Shown: positions 37,810-51,378, numbered from the stretch's first letter. The stretch: 64,000 bases of DNA from Gracilinanus agilis (GCF_016433145.1 NC_058132.1:598380339-598444338), one strand, 5' to 3'. Program-made: numbers and translations. The notes: generated from the letters alone by a model not told the origin.

Positions 37810-38024
37810 ATATGAGTTCTTCATCTAGATTCCATGGCACATTTGGGTAGATATCAGGGATCCTTGTACTTGGATAGGGGAAAAAACCCTTCATTTCAAC
37901 AAAATTTCTTCTTTAATTCTATGTGTTTTATTTTATGCATTTTCAAACATTTTTCTAAGAAGGCATCCATAGGTTTCAGCAAACAAACTGCCAAAAGACA
38001 CACAAAAAAGGTAAGAATCTCTGT
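37810..38024. mobile_element. Charlie4z-like hAT MITE (decayed)
   Basis: ttttattttatgcattt...catccataggtttca...ctgccaaa...caaaaaaggtaagaatctctg; similar to 15853-16093. Confidence 0.7.
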
Positions 38025-38479
38025 TCTCCTGTGCTTTTCATCTCTTCTATGATTCTACAAGTAAACTTAAATTCTAACCCAATATTACCTTTGGCTGTCC
38101 AAAATCATGTGACTTCTGGGTAGATCAATTTCTGTACCATTTTCTTCTATTCATTATAGGTGTAGAAAATGGTGATGGCCACCATGGCAAGGGGGGTGGA
38201 TTCTTACTCCAACAAAATTTAGAGGTGGCCATCAAAAACAAAATAAGTTATTTTAATGTCACAAAATTTAAAAGCTTACACAAACACAAAATGAATAGGA
38301 TAGACAAAAAGAAATCACAGAATTTGAGAGTTGGGACTTCAATGGCCATCTCATCCAACCTGAATACAAAAGAAATCTCCTTCATAACATATTTTATAAG
38401 AGAAACTGTAGAGTGAGAAAAAAATCTATATTAAGGTATAAGAAAAGTCTGCTACCCACAATATATAGGAAAACAGCAC

Positions 38480-39545
38480 AAATATGCAAATCTAAGATCA
38501 ATAAAAAAGTGTTCAAAGCACACAATTTAAAAAAAACCCTCTAATTGGCTATAGAAAACATACTCTAAATTACCACACAAAAAAATAAACATACTAAGAA
38601 ATGGAAATTAAGAGACTCCTAAAGTTCTTTAAAAAATCCCTGTATATTGGCAAAGGTGACAAAAACTAAAAATAATCAATGTTGGGAGAGAATTGAGAAG
38701 ATAACTGTTGGTAAATTGGTCCAATTCTGTAACATCAATTTGGAATTATGCATTAAATATGACTAAACTATTCATACTCACTGCTGGAAAAATGTCCCAG
38801 GGATGTTAAAGACAGAAACAAAGGTTCCATGTATATGTATATATAACAAAATATTTACAGACACATTTTTTCATAGTAATAAAGAATCAAAAATAAAGTA
38901 GATGCCTATCATTTTGGAAATAGCTAAAAAAAACTGTAGTACATGAGTATAACTAGATATTCTTCTGTAGGAAGAAATGAAGAATATGATGTATATTGAA
39001 ATTCATGGCTGCTAGCTGTATGACCTTGGTAAGTTACTTAACTCCAATCACCTAGCCCTTACCATTCTTCTACCTTAGAAGCAATATTTAATATTGATTC
39101 TAAGACAAGAGGTAAGAGATTTTTTAAAAAAAGAAATGTGTGAGAAGACATATCAACTGATTCAAAGGGCAGTAAGAAGAGCCAGGTAAACAATAACCAC
39201 AAAACAATCAAACAGAATGTTATGAAAGTATAATGACCCAGATCTGGGAGGAGGAATGAATAGGATAGACTGGGAATTATAGGTGATATGAAAATTAAAT
39301 TAGCAATAAAACTAAAGGGGAAAAGTATGAAATATACATCTTTTCTCTTAGCAGAGAGGAAGAGAGGATTACTGGAATAAAATACTATTTAAATTGTCAG
39401 ATGCTACTAGAGAATTGGGAGTTTTTGTTTTGCTTTTTTACAAGGGAGTGCTCATTTTGATGGTAGGGAAGGTGGTTCTTTCCTGCAATAAGTATAACAT
39501 AAAAATGAAAACCTTCAATAAAACTCATTTCAAAAGGAAAAAAGA
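38480..39545 (+). mobile_element. Old L1 ORF2 C-terminus and 3' UTR relic with a SINE1 3' fragment (~39010-39130)
   Basis: ttggaattatgc...aaaatatttacagacac...gatgcctatcattttggaaatagctaaa. Confidence 0.7.
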
Positions 39546-39649
39546 AAGGTGATTGTTTGTGTTAGTATTTGCTCTTTTGTCCATGTCCCATTTCCCAGCA
39601 ATAATTACTTTTTAAAATATTTCAAGGTAGATGCTTTTTTTTGTTCTTT

Positions 39650-40445
39650 GTTCTTAATATTTTTTGTTTTATTTTTTATCTTTGTTGTAATAAGTCAGTG
39701 ACTGTACACATAGGACTATTAAAATATAACAGGTTGTTTTATTTTATTTTATTTGGTACTTGAGCACTGCCCAAATCTCTTCTCAAAGAAAGTACCCATG
39801 ATACAAATAAGCATGAGACTTTTGTTTAATAACCTATGGACAATGCCTTTGGTCTCTTATTTCTTATTCCTGAACTATATTTTCCAACATATATTTTCAC
39901 AAGCCTTTCCTCAATCCACTTACACAATGAAGTCACATAGCATTATAGCATGTGTTGACTTAATTTGGAGGGTCTTACTGAGTTCCTTCTAATTTCCCTA
40001 CTTCAGCCTCTGCAACAGATGTTGGCGCAGAAGATGCAATTATCTTCCTGGTGGTCTTCTTGCAATTGTGAGCACAGCAATATGAGATGACCAGGTGCTT
40101 CATGAAATGATGTATCTTGTTGCCTTTGGAAGCATGATAAAATCAACTCCAGCAACTCCTTTATTTGCTTCCCTAGAGAGAACCTATGAGTCATCTTTCC
40201 ATTTAGCAGCAACCTCTCTTTCTTGTCTGGTTTCATTTAGAGTGAGAATGTCAAGGTTGATGATTTGTTCTTCCAGCAATATGTCCATTGGTTGGTCATT
40301 GAACAAAACTCTTGCTTTTAGAATACAAAGTGCTAAGTTAATGTTTACAGACAGTCTAAAAACCATACAGGGATTGCCATTCTGTGCCCCTTTTCCCATC
40401 CCTGAACCCCCATCATTGTATCATAAACACTTCCAGGATGAAGAA
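39650..40445 (-). mobile_element. RTE-clade LINE relic, APE endonuclease N-terminus
   Basis: Minus translation LKARVLFNDQPMDILLEE..INLDILTLNETRQ..VAAKWKDDS, later KTLQIKSTHAIMLCDF. Confidence 0.8.
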
Positions 40446-40510
40446 TAATTTTTTCCCATTTTTTTTCATGAGCTTCCATAGCTTATAGATAGAAAAGAAA
40501 AACATGTTCA

Positions 40511-40720
40511 GAGGCAACTAGGTAGCACAATGGATAGAGTACCAGACCTGGAGTCAAGAGGTTCTGGGTTTGAGTCTGATCTCAGGCATTTCCTAGCTGT
40601 GTGACCCTGGGCATGTCATTAATCCCAATTGCCTAGCTTAGCCCTTGCTGCTCTTCTGCCTTACAGTAGATACTTAGTATTAATTCTAAGACAGAAAATA
40701 GGGTTTAAAAAAAAGAAAAA
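40511..40720 (+). mobile_element. SINE1_Mdo-type SINE (older)
   Basis: gaggcaactaggtagc head; cccttgctgctcttctgcctt tail and poly-A. Confidence 0.85.
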
Positions 40721-43519
40721 ATATATTAATAACATATCCCATATGAAATTATAGGAAGCTTTAAAAGCATTTTTCTTTCTTTTGAGGCAGTGCCAGAAGT
40801 TAGATGCATGGGAAGATGCCTTCTCAATAACTAGTTCTGTCAACTTGAACAATCATTGAAACCACTGTGGCCCCTACTCTCCTCATCTTTAAAATGAATG
40901 GTTGAATGAGATATTTTTTAAGATTTCTCCCAACTCTCAATCTTAAGGTTTACAGTGTAGTCCCTAGCCAATGACTGGACAAAAATCATTTGTTAGTTTC
41001 CATTCATCTAGAATTTAAATATTTATAAAGCTCTTTCATATACATAATCTCAGTGGATCCTCAGAACAACTTGTGTGAATTAGAATAGGCAATATCCTGT
41101 TTATTAATGAAGAAACCTAGCTTTGGAAAGATTAAGTACTTTACTTAGGTCACCCTTTGGGGTCAAAAAAGACAAACTTAATCCCTCTGATACATGATAG
41201 ACCTTCAAATACTGGAGGACAGCTATCCTGCCTTCCTAGATTTTTCTCTTCTAAGCTAAAAATCCCTTAATTAATTCAACAAGTAATTTGTGTCTTGATT
41301 TTTAGTCTGTCAACCCCATCACTCTCTTCCAGACATGTTCCAGCTTGTTCTTCTAGACATGGTCCAACTTACTAGTGACTTGCGAAAAATATCGCACCCA
41401 CAACTAAATGCCCTATTTCAGGGATGGTCTAACAAAATGACCACATCCTTACTTCTTTTAAAACAGTTTCTAGGTCTACCTTTGCTAGGTAAGACCAGTG
41501 TGGGTTCAGGTTTAGAACACAGGTCATCTGAGCTTCATTCTAATTTCTTTTCCAGACTTCACTGTCCTCTTTCAGCAAAAACAATGGTAACAATCAGCAT
41601 AACCTCACACCATAAGAAAAAAACCTTCTTTTATAACCAGAGATCCTAAGTGATCCCAGTTCTGCACAGTTTTCTTATGAACTGACCACTAAGAACCAAA
41701 TTTTTCTCTGGTTTAACTACTATATATTAGCAACTCTTGGTTATTTCCTGAGAGTTCAGGGCATCAAGTTTGCATTTTTCCTTCAGATCTTGTGACACTC
41801 ATTGTTATTTTCTGTTTCAACACATCACACAGGATTGTGTATTGATAATTAATGAGACATTCCATTAAAATGAAGGTGATTAAAAGAAACAAGCAAGAGG
41901 AAAAAAGGATTTCAATGCAAATATTTTAAAGTTTTACCTGATGGCCAATACCAATAGTATTTTGCTTATTTTGTTAGCATCAAATATCACTAGGAATAGT
42001 TCTATATGATAATTGTGGTGGATTTAAAAAAAAACAATTCTAGTGATTTGCTAGAATGAAGACACATAAAATCTAATTGTGTGATATATTATAAAGTGGA
42101 AAATGAATGTTTTTTTTTACCAATTCTATTGCCTTAATAAAATGAAAAAATATGTCAAGTCTAATCTTATGCTATACTATAAACTGGTGACAGTCATCAT
42201 ATAAAGATACCACATAATCCAAGTGACAAAAAAAGGAGAATTTGAAAAATGAGTGGCAATGGGCTAAACTCATCACTTGCCATTAGGAAACTGTCAATGT
42301 CTGTCCTCAAATGTGGCAACATAAACTAAATACAACATTCAAGATGGGTCTCACCAAGGCAAAGAATAAAAGAAAGTTCCTTCTTCTTCTTTTAGTCTCT
42401 TTCCCTTCTATTAGTTAATAGAAATCTAAGTGTATTGAGATAGATGAGAGAAAAGGCTAATCTTCCCTGGGCCCTCAAGTATTTGGTCTTCATTTTCAAA
42501 CAATTTAAACAAGCAGCTTCATTACTGAGTTGTTGTTTTTGTCTTGAGTTCAATCCATGACACTGGAGAGTGATTGAAGGGGATGAGTGTGATTTTTAAC
42601 AAGATTTATATCAATGGAATTATTGTAAAGTGAAACAATTTGAATACCTTTGGAATATACTGTAAAGGGTCCAAGATGGGACTATAAAGGGAAAGAACAT
42701 GTCCACTGCCCTTTACAGGCAGAGTCTATGGACTTGCCTCCTAGGAGAGCAAAGCAAGATTAAGCCAGAAACTTTCTCAGATGTTTAACTGATTAGAGCA
42801 GAAGAAGGATCATGGAAGAAACAGTGATTATACCACATCATATCAAAATATCAAGTCATTTCAGTGCTGGGTCTTCTCCTGATAGGAAACAGCCAGGGAG
42901 CTCATTATCTCCAGTGTCTAAGTGTTGAACCATGCATATGGTTGTCTGGAAGCAAGTAAGAGGTATCTGCACATGCTCTGTACAATATATATTACAGAAA
43001 CAACAGGCTATTTGAGTGATATGTAGGAGCTTGTTCTCTCATCTAACCCCTACTTGTCAAAATCATCTATATTTTCTAATTCTTTAAGATTCCTAAGGTA
43101 AGCCCAAGTATGTCCACCTAAGATGCCTAGGGCAGTTAAACCTTTAATGCTGGCCATTTGGTCTACCACTGTTGAGCTGAGAGAAGCACTCCTAACTCAC
43201 TGTGTTCCAATTTAAATGGCCTCATTTTTTTCTACCTTGCAGGTGTCTGTTATCCCCCATCAATTCACAAAGGATTTGTGATTGTATTAAAGGGATTTGT
43301 CCATGTACTATAAATCCCAAGTAAATCAATAGAGATGGTGGGACAACTTCTAATGCACTGACATGATAGATGAAGCCAAAGATCTGCATGTTCACTACTT
43401 CCATTCACTCTCTTGGGTATTTAGCATGCCAAATTTGAATCCATATACAACTCCAATCAGAGACTGGCTCTAATTCATTTTTCCAGAATTATATCATATT
43501 ATCCCATTCCTTGGTGCTT

Positions 43520-43815
43520 TTTTAGATTTATATTTTATTTATTTCATTAAGTAATTCCCAATTACATGTTTGTAAATTTTTTGAACATTCATTTTTTTTT
43601 TTAATTTGAGTTCCAGATTCTCTCCTCCTGTCCCTCACCCATTGTTTGTCAAGGCAAGCAAAATGATACAAATGATACATATGAAGTCAGGTAAAACACA
43701 TCTCCATATTAACCATGCTGCAAAAGAAAACACATACAGACACATAGAAAAATAAAGTCAAAAAAGTATTCTACAATCTGCATTCAGAGTTCATTAGTTC
43801 TTTCTCTAGAGGTTA
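43520..43815 (-). mobile_element. Old L1 3' end
   Basis: ttcccaattacatg...ttgagttccagattctctcc...catatgaagtca...aatctgcattcagagttcattagttctttctct. Confidence 0.75.
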
Positions 43816-44601
43816 TCCTTATCCTTATACTCTGCATTCCTGTACAACTTGTCATCTTACTCTTTTTGGTTCACAACATTTCACCTCCCCTCTCTCTGTG
43901 TGCTTTTGTAAGGGCTGCCCCACATGCCTTGAATGCATTTCCTCCTCATTTCCCCTACTTGGAACCATTAATTCCTTTCAAAGCTTAGCTAAAGGGCCAG
44001 TTCTTATAAGAGGCTTTTCCTGTGGTCTCCCTCTCTGCTCCACCCATCCAGTTATCAAAATATTTTGTATTCATTTTGCATAACTTTAAATTTATTTATC
44101 TGTCTTCATGTTGGTTTTTCTCAGTAAAATCTAAACCTTTTGAAGGCAGGGATTTTTTTTTCTTTTTTGTATTTGTCTCTTCAATGCCTTGTACAGTAAC
44201 TTGAATTAGTATTTAATAAATGCTTGCTGAATTAGATTGGATGGAATCACCATCACTTACTAGCTACTTCACTCTTAAATAGCATCACTATTCCAATATA
44301 TATGACCCATCCACAACCTCATCCCTATTCAAATACTGTGCTCTGCCCAGCCCTGTTCTCTAAGATTTCTAGAAGCCCCCTCTCTAACTTTGGCCATGAG
44401 GTATTTCTCCTATAATGCACTGGCATCCTGACAATCTCTCTCTTGGCCTTTCTTTACCTACAGCCTCTCTGCCCTCCCACCAAACAAAATGCCAAAGAAC
44501 GGCTAACTACCTAAGCTATAAAACAAGAAAATAAGCCCCATTTATCCTAAAGCCACTGTAGGGGGGAAATATTTATAAAATGAATGAGTTTTTTCAATAG
44601 A

Positions 44602-44602
<1 letters not shown>

Positions 44603-44635
<33 letters not shown>
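44603..44635. repeat. (TG)n microsatellite
   Basis: Perfect run. Confidence 0.98.
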
Positions 44636-44636
<1 letters not shown>

Positions 44637-45356
44637 GTATGTTAGGGTAGGGGTAGATGACTCCTAGAAGGTCAAATATTTCCATAGGTCCTATAGTACA
44701 GGATTTGAAATGAGGAAGACCTAGCTTTTAATTATGCCTCTGACCTGTGCTAGCTGTATGACTGGGTAAATCATTTCTTTCAGTTTGGGTTTCCTCAGCT
44801 GTAAACTGGGGATTGTAATCTCTAGGCCCTCAGCATGTGGTGGTTGTGAAGCTCAAATAAAATAATAAATCTAAATAATGCTTTAAAAAAAAAGGATGTA
44901 TTCCAGGAGAATGTAAGCTTGTTGAGGAGAGGAATTGTTTCATTTTTTGTCTTCATATTTCTAGCACCCTGGACAGCCCACAACATATAGCTGGATCTTA
45001 ATAAAATGCTTACTGAACTGAATTGAATTGGATTGAACAATTTCTAGCCCCAAACTGATATGAGAAACAAAAAGAAAAAGAATTGAGATTAACACAGTAA
45101 AAATAATAACAAAAAATGAAATATGCTCAAACTCCATTAATTTTTTCACAAAATTAAACAAAATTTAAATGGAAAGTGCTGAAATTAAAGTTTTATTTTA
45201 AAAAGCAAAATGAAGTTTAAAAGAAAAGCCAACGAAAATGTTGAGCTACGTTTGCTGTTACCACATCCTCTCCATTTTTCTCTGAAAAGAGACAAACTGA
45301 AGATTATGATGTCACCCAAATTGTAATATTCTGTTTGTCCCTTCATTTTGTATTTA

Positions 45357-45401
45357 TAAATATATATATACATATATATTTATATATACACATATACATG
45401 T

Positions 45402-45439
<38 letters not shown>
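45357..45439. repeat. Compound (TA)n/(CA)n microsatellite
   Basis: Visible directly. Confidence 0.95.
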
Positions 45440-45443
<4 letters not shown>

Positions 45444-45559
45444 TCTTTTAATGGCACAGAGTCAAGACATAACAAAGACCAAATTCTTCAACTGGGCAGA
45501 CATCTCATTCCCTTAAAAGCAGAACATCTAGCAAATTCTTGTTTGCCTGGATGACAATT

Positions 45560-46500
45560 TTCTCTAAGACTTGGCAACTAATTGGCTATGGTGATGATGA
45601 GAGGAAGAGAATAAGGATAGAGAAGAGGTGAATATGATGCAGAGGTTATGAATTTATGTGACTAGAAAGATGAAGGTGTCCTCAACAGAAACGAGCAGTT
45701 TTGGAAGAGGGATGTTTGGAGGGTCATCATTGGACATCTATTAATCACCTAGTATGTGTCAAATACTAGAAGAAAAGGTGGGGGTTGGAATTGCAAGGAG
45801 CTCACTGTCTAATGAAGGAAAATCTGAATCCCCTTTTGGATATTTTGACAGTTGTTTGGATATTTGGTGGTTATTGGTCATCCAAGAGGTGATGTGCAGC
45901 TGGAAATGAAAAGGGTTCAGGAGAGAGATTAGGATTTCATACAAGGATTTGGGAGTCACTAGTATTTAGAGGATAACTATAGGAGTAACCAAATTTGGCC
46001 TCAAAGATGAGATAAGAAAAAGAATCTTTCTCCTTTCTTTGCAGAGATGGACAACTATGGATACAGCACATTGTATAAACTGTCAGACACAGTTAACGAA
46101 CTGGTTACTTTTAAGGAATTGCCTTTTATTTTTTGTTTCAAGGGCTGTCTCTCTGGGTCTGGGTCAGCATCAGGGGAGGGATATATTTGGAAATGAAAGT
46201 AATTTAAGAACAAAAGATAAAAAATGCAATTTAAAAAAAAAAAGAGAGAGAGAGATGGTAATTGAATCCATGGGAGGTGATGAGATCATCAAGAGTGAAA
46301 ATGAGAGAAGAGAACAGGGCCTAGTTAGTGCTTTTAGAGATGCTTACACTTAGAGGGATGGATGGAAACTGAGAAGCAATAGTAAAAGTAGTCAAAGGTC
46401 AGAAAAGAATAAAATGAATGCAGTGTTAGAGAGCCAAGTAAGGAGAGAGAAAACAAGAGGAGGAGGTAGTTGACAGTTCCAAGAGATGCAGAGAAATCAG
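45560..46500 (-). mobile_element. L2 relic interrupted by a sense L1-type 3' fragment (~46020-46240)
   Basis: Antisense-L2 motifs tttatgtgactagaaagatgaaggtg and ggtgatgagatcatcaagagtga. Confidence 0.6.
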
Positions 46501-47134
46501 GCAGATTAGGATTTTTGTCACTTCCATTTTGTAGCTGAAGAAATCAAGATTCAGAGGAATGAAATGATTTGTTCCAGCTCATACAGCTGGAACTGGAACC
46601 CAACACCTGTGACCCTCAAACCAGACATATTGAATTTAAAACTTTATTCTTAAAAACATGGTCAATGTAAGAAGAAAAAAAGAAACAGGCTTATTGATTT
46701 AAGAAGATAATTAATACTAACAGATGGTTAGAAGACAGCTTTCTGGATCTCCTTTTACTGAAAGGGCTATCTCTAAGGTCACCTCCAGTTCTGATATTCA
46801 ATGATCTGAGCAAAACAGTTCAATTCCTATCTTTTTTTTTTTTTTTTTGCATTCACTATTAAGTAGATTACTCTTCAAACTAATAATAGTAGGACAAGCA
46901 GAAGGAACAGGAAGCTCAAGGTAGATTAGGACATAATAATAGTTCCTATAAGTTATTATCTACTTAAGGACAGGATGTTCCATTTTTGTCTCTTTTCCCT
47001 GGCACCTAACAAGGTACCTGGCACATAGTAGGTGTATAATAAATGCTTGTGGAATTGAATTGAATATGACACCAAATTGATATAAATGACTTTAACTCTC
47101 TTAGCCAAGATATACATTTGAGGGCACTGAAAAC

Positions 47135-47560
47135 TTGCAGATGTGATGGCTGAATCATGCCAATAGTCTTTGAGGAACCATGGAGAATGGGAGAGGTGCC
47201 AGAAGAAAGGAGACAATTTGTTCTGATTTTCAAAAATGGGGAGAAAGATGAATTCAGCATATTTGTCTGGCAAGCTTGGTGTCATTCCCTGGCCAAATCT
47301 AGAATGGATTATGGATTAGTTAAATGATGTTTTGTACAGCACTGACGTAGGGAAGCAGTAATGCAGCCCTCACTGGATGTTTTAATAAGATCAATCAAGG
47401 AACTATTTTTGACATAGTTAATCTGGATTCTGGATTTTAGTGAGATACTTGACAAAGTTTCCCATGATGTCTTTGTGGGATAAATGTATAAATATGGGAT
47501 AGATAATAGCACAGTTAAGAAAATTCATAGCTGATTCAATGTTCAGAAGTCTGATTAATG
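47135..47560 (+). mobile_element. CR1/L3 reverse-transcriptase relic
   Basis: gatgtgatggctgaatca...tggagaatgggagaggtgccagaaga...ttcaaaaatgggg...gacaaagtttcccatgat (DVxAEPL/WRxGEVPED/DKVxHD-like). Confidence 0.8.
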
Positions 47561-47994
47561 GATGAATTCCCATCTACCCAACCCCAGGCCAGACCAGTCA
47601 GCTGCTTACCTTGACCATCTTGTGATCTGCTCTGCCAGCTTCATGTATGACCCAATCCCTTGATTTCTACTGCCTGCTCTAGGCCCAAAAATCAAATCAG
47701 TTCTATTATTGTTTCTGAAAAGAGTATGTCAATTGACTGTCCTAGGTATGGATCAACTCACTATTCCAATGTTTCTCCAGCCCAAAATTCCCTTCCATGG
47801 TTAGCACATATAATGTCTCCTATTAGGATGGACACTACTTAATTGCAGAAACCATCTCACTTTTGCATTTGTATGGTGCTTGAGAGGCAATGTGGGTATA
47901 ATGGAAAGCAAGCTGGTCTTGAAGTCAGAAAGACCCAGTTTTAAAATGTCCTACCTGATATAAACTATTTGTGTGGTCCTGGAAAATTACTTTT

Positions 47995-48395
47995 AACAAA
48001 AATATATTAAAACCCTTACCTTTGGGGAAGCTAGGTAACTCAGTGGATTGAGAGTCAGGCCCAGAGAATGGAGGTCCTAGGTTCAAATATGGCCTCAGAC
48101 ACTTCCTAGCTGTGTGACCCTGGGCAAGTCACTTAGACTTCATTGCCTAGTCCTTACCCCTCTTCTGCCTTGGAACCAATATGCAGTATTGATTCCAAGA
48201 AGGAAGGTAAGGATTTAAAAAATAAAAAATAAAAAAATAAAAAAAACCAAACCTTACCTCCTGTTTTGGAAAGAGTATTGTGTATTGGTTCCAAGGCAGA
48301 AGAGCAATAAGGTTGAGGGAGTTAAGTACCTTTCCAAGGGTCATAAAGCTAGTAAGTGTCTGAGTCTACATTTGAATTCGGATCTTCCTGACAAC
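47995..48395. mobile_element. Sense SINE1 (48023-48250) nested in the tail of an antisense SINE1
   Basis: Duplicated aaac(c)cttacct flanks the inner copy. Confidence 0.8.
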
Positions 48396-49624
48396 AGGTG
48401 TCTACCCACTGTATTATCTCTGTGCCTCTCACACCAGTGCAGTTTCATGCTATACACAAAGCAGAATAACAATCAGAATAAGAGAGATAATTTTACCATA
48501 CTTTTGGATGATCATCTCAAACATAGAATGCTACTTTCAGTCCTAGGCACTATAATTTCAGAAGGACATACTGGACAGGACATATCAGCCACACTGTGAA
48601 GGAGAGAGTATGCACAATGGATGCCTCCTGGTACAACTGTCTCAGCAAGCAAGCTAAACCAGGTTGAGGGAACCTGACATGCCTCAGTAGACAGAATTCT
48701 ATACTTGGAGTCAGGAAGATCTGAGTTCAAATCCAAACTCAGACACTTCCTAGCTTTATGACCATGGACAAGTCCCTTGACCGCTGTTTGCCTCAGTTTC
48801 CTCACCTACAAAATGGAGATATTAATAGCATCCAGCCCACAGGGTTGTTGTGAGGATCAAATGAGATGTCATTTGTAAAATGCTTAGCATTATACCTGGA
48901 ACATAGTAGGTACTATATAAGTGGTATCTATTTTTATTTTATTATCATTATTATTATGTACTTTTACCACCCCAACCTCATTTTACACATGAGAAAACTT
49001 CCAGGATTGCTCTCCTACTTTGTCTACTGCTTCATAATATCAAAAGTGCCTTCTGATCTGTTACTATTTTATAATCCCATTAAGCTGGTGAAATAATGAT
49101 AGCTGCATTTTACAAACATACAAACTAAATGGTTAAATGAAATGACATTTATTAAGTACTCACTATATGCAAAGCATCTACAATTACTTGATCATGTGGT
49201 CAGTTAAAATACATGAAATCAAAGCATATATCCACTCATATGTCACACTCTTTTCCTGATCCTGGTTGGCCAGATTGCACACCAATAGAAATAGTTAGAG
49301 TGGATGATTGATTCATCAGGCAGCAAAGGAATTAAATCAACAGGGTCGTGAATTCAGAATTACTTAAGATCAGCACATTTTTTAAGTGAGTGAGGTTAGG
49401 AGTGCACCAATCATGGCCAGTCTGTGGTACTGGCAAGAACAGGTCAGTTCCTGGCCAGGCTCCGTATGTGCCATGGATCGTACTATGATCCTTTCAACAG
49501 GCTGGTATGTTGAGTAGCTATGTCAAAGAGGGGCAAATGTATCTTTTACTTTGATGTCTCTTTCCCTTGTGTCTATAGCCAAACAACATTAAATCATATT
49601 TTCCTCACCTTAAACAATAATTGC

Positions 49625-49860
49625 TCTGTCTCCCTTTCTCCCCTTTCCTTCTTTCTCTCTGAATCTCTGTTTCCTCTCACTATGATTTTCTATCTGTCTT
49701 TCTGCCTCTACCTCTGTCTCTTTGTCTGTTTTTCTCTTCTCTGTATCTCTTTGCCCCTTGGCCTGTCACCTTCTGTCACTATCTTCTTCCTCCCCTTTCT
49801 CTCTCCTTCCCTTTCCCTTCTCTACCTCTTTTTTTTCCCCTTCCCTGCCCCTTCTTCTCC
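49625..49860. repeat. Pyrimidine-rich low-complexity tract
   Basis: Degenerate (TC)/(TTC) repeats. Confidence 0.8.
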
Positions 49861-50861
49861 ATAAAATTTGGTTGAGCACTACATTTGTATCATACTGTCT
49901 GCCTCTTAAACACAAGTTTTCTTAGCATATAAATCCATTCATTGAATTAAAAAAAAAAAACCTTAACAATATTCCATTTATCACATTGAATATCCCGGGG
50001 GTGCGGACCTTAATAATCATCTAGTCTAACTCATTCATTTTACAGGTGAGAAAACTGTAGTGTAGAGGAATTAAATGGCTTGCCTAAGGAAATATAGATG
50101 GTGAGAGGCAAAAATCCAGGCTTTCTGTTTTTCCCCCCAAAGATCTTTCTACTATGTTAGACTGCCTCAAGTTCATATTTGCATTCTGAAAAACTTCCTG
50201 CAATACTACATCGGTCTATAGATGCCTCTTCCTTGACATTGCATGGATTTGTGTGGGCTTTGGGTTCAGGGACTGAAGAAATGAAGAAGATGCATCTGGG
50301 GCCTGGGGAGAGAACCATGATCATGTGATATAGCTCCTTCATCCACTCCTTTCTCTGCAATGGTGAGTCAGGGCCAGAAATGATCAGAGGTATTTGCTAG
50401 CAACCAAGTAGCTGAAGCCTGGGAAAACCCCACCCTTAATATGTTCCAGGTCACACCAAATCCCAAGTTCTACACTTGGGCTGTCAAGATTTTGAGTGGA
50501 ATTTCTGCATCTCTGTCTGATGACAGACCCCACTGGATGCCCGAGTCAAATCTCCTGTGTAAGTTGTTTATACTGCTTGGACACAAACTGTGTATTTCCT
50601 AGAACTCAGAGGATTGGTTCAATCCTATGTCTGGAGAATCTCTGGGGACTAAAAAATTGGTAGGCCAGCAGTAACTTGATAAATGTTTGATTATCATACA
50701 TTGGGTTTTTTGTTACTGATTACTGATTATATGCTTACTGATTCCATGCCAAGAGTAAAAACAATAGTATGCAGTATCAAAACACATTTGTCTGATTTTA
50801 TGGAGTCAGCCTCATTATAATAAGATCTCCTTATCTGGACTCATGGAAATATAATTCAGTT

Positions 50862-51105
50862 GGTCTTTTCTCAGTTGTGTCTGACTTTTCATTACCCCAT
50901 TTGGGATTTCAATGGCAGTACTGGAGTACTTAGTCATTTCCTTCTCTAAGCTCATTTTACAGATAAAGAAACTAAGGCAAACAGAGTTAAGTGATTTGCC
51001 CAGCATCATGCAGCTAGTAAGTGTCTGAGACCAGATTTGAATTCAGGAAGATAAGTTTTCCTGTTTCAAGGTCCAACACTATCTACTCTGCCACCTACCT
51101 ACCCC
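50862..51105 (-). mobile_element. MAR1-type SINE
   Basis: accccatttgggattt...gtcatttccttctctaagctcattttacagat...tgagaccagatttgaattcagg. Confidence 0.85.
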
Positions 51106-51359
51106 CATGGAAATATAGCAAGTTTTCAAAGGAGGCAGGTCTTACCAGTTGATGTGAGCTTGAAATCTAGTTTCTGATTAATTGAATCTATAAATCTCCA
51201 CACCTCTGAGCAATAAGTCTTCCCAGCTCTATAAAGAGAAATGGACCAGAAGGTTAGGGCACTCATTCTCTGAGAACGACAGAGAACACAACATTTTGTG
51301 AGCAGTTCTGCCCAGCGCCCTGGATCCTTAGAGCAGAGTAGAATCAGGTGAGTGACTAT

Positions 51360-51378
51360 TAACACCACCTGGTGGTCA
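51360..51378 (-). promoter_or_regulatory. Candidate CTCF site
   Basis: Minus strand TGACCACCAGGTGGTGTTA, close to consensus CCASYAGRKGGCRS, in non-repeat DNA. Confidence 0.5.

Noticed and set aside
43243-43320. 78-nt Cys-rich exon candidate (CLLSPINSQRICDCIKGICPCTINPK)
   Set aside because: Good acceptor but moderate donor and no known domain spacing; within chance expectation.
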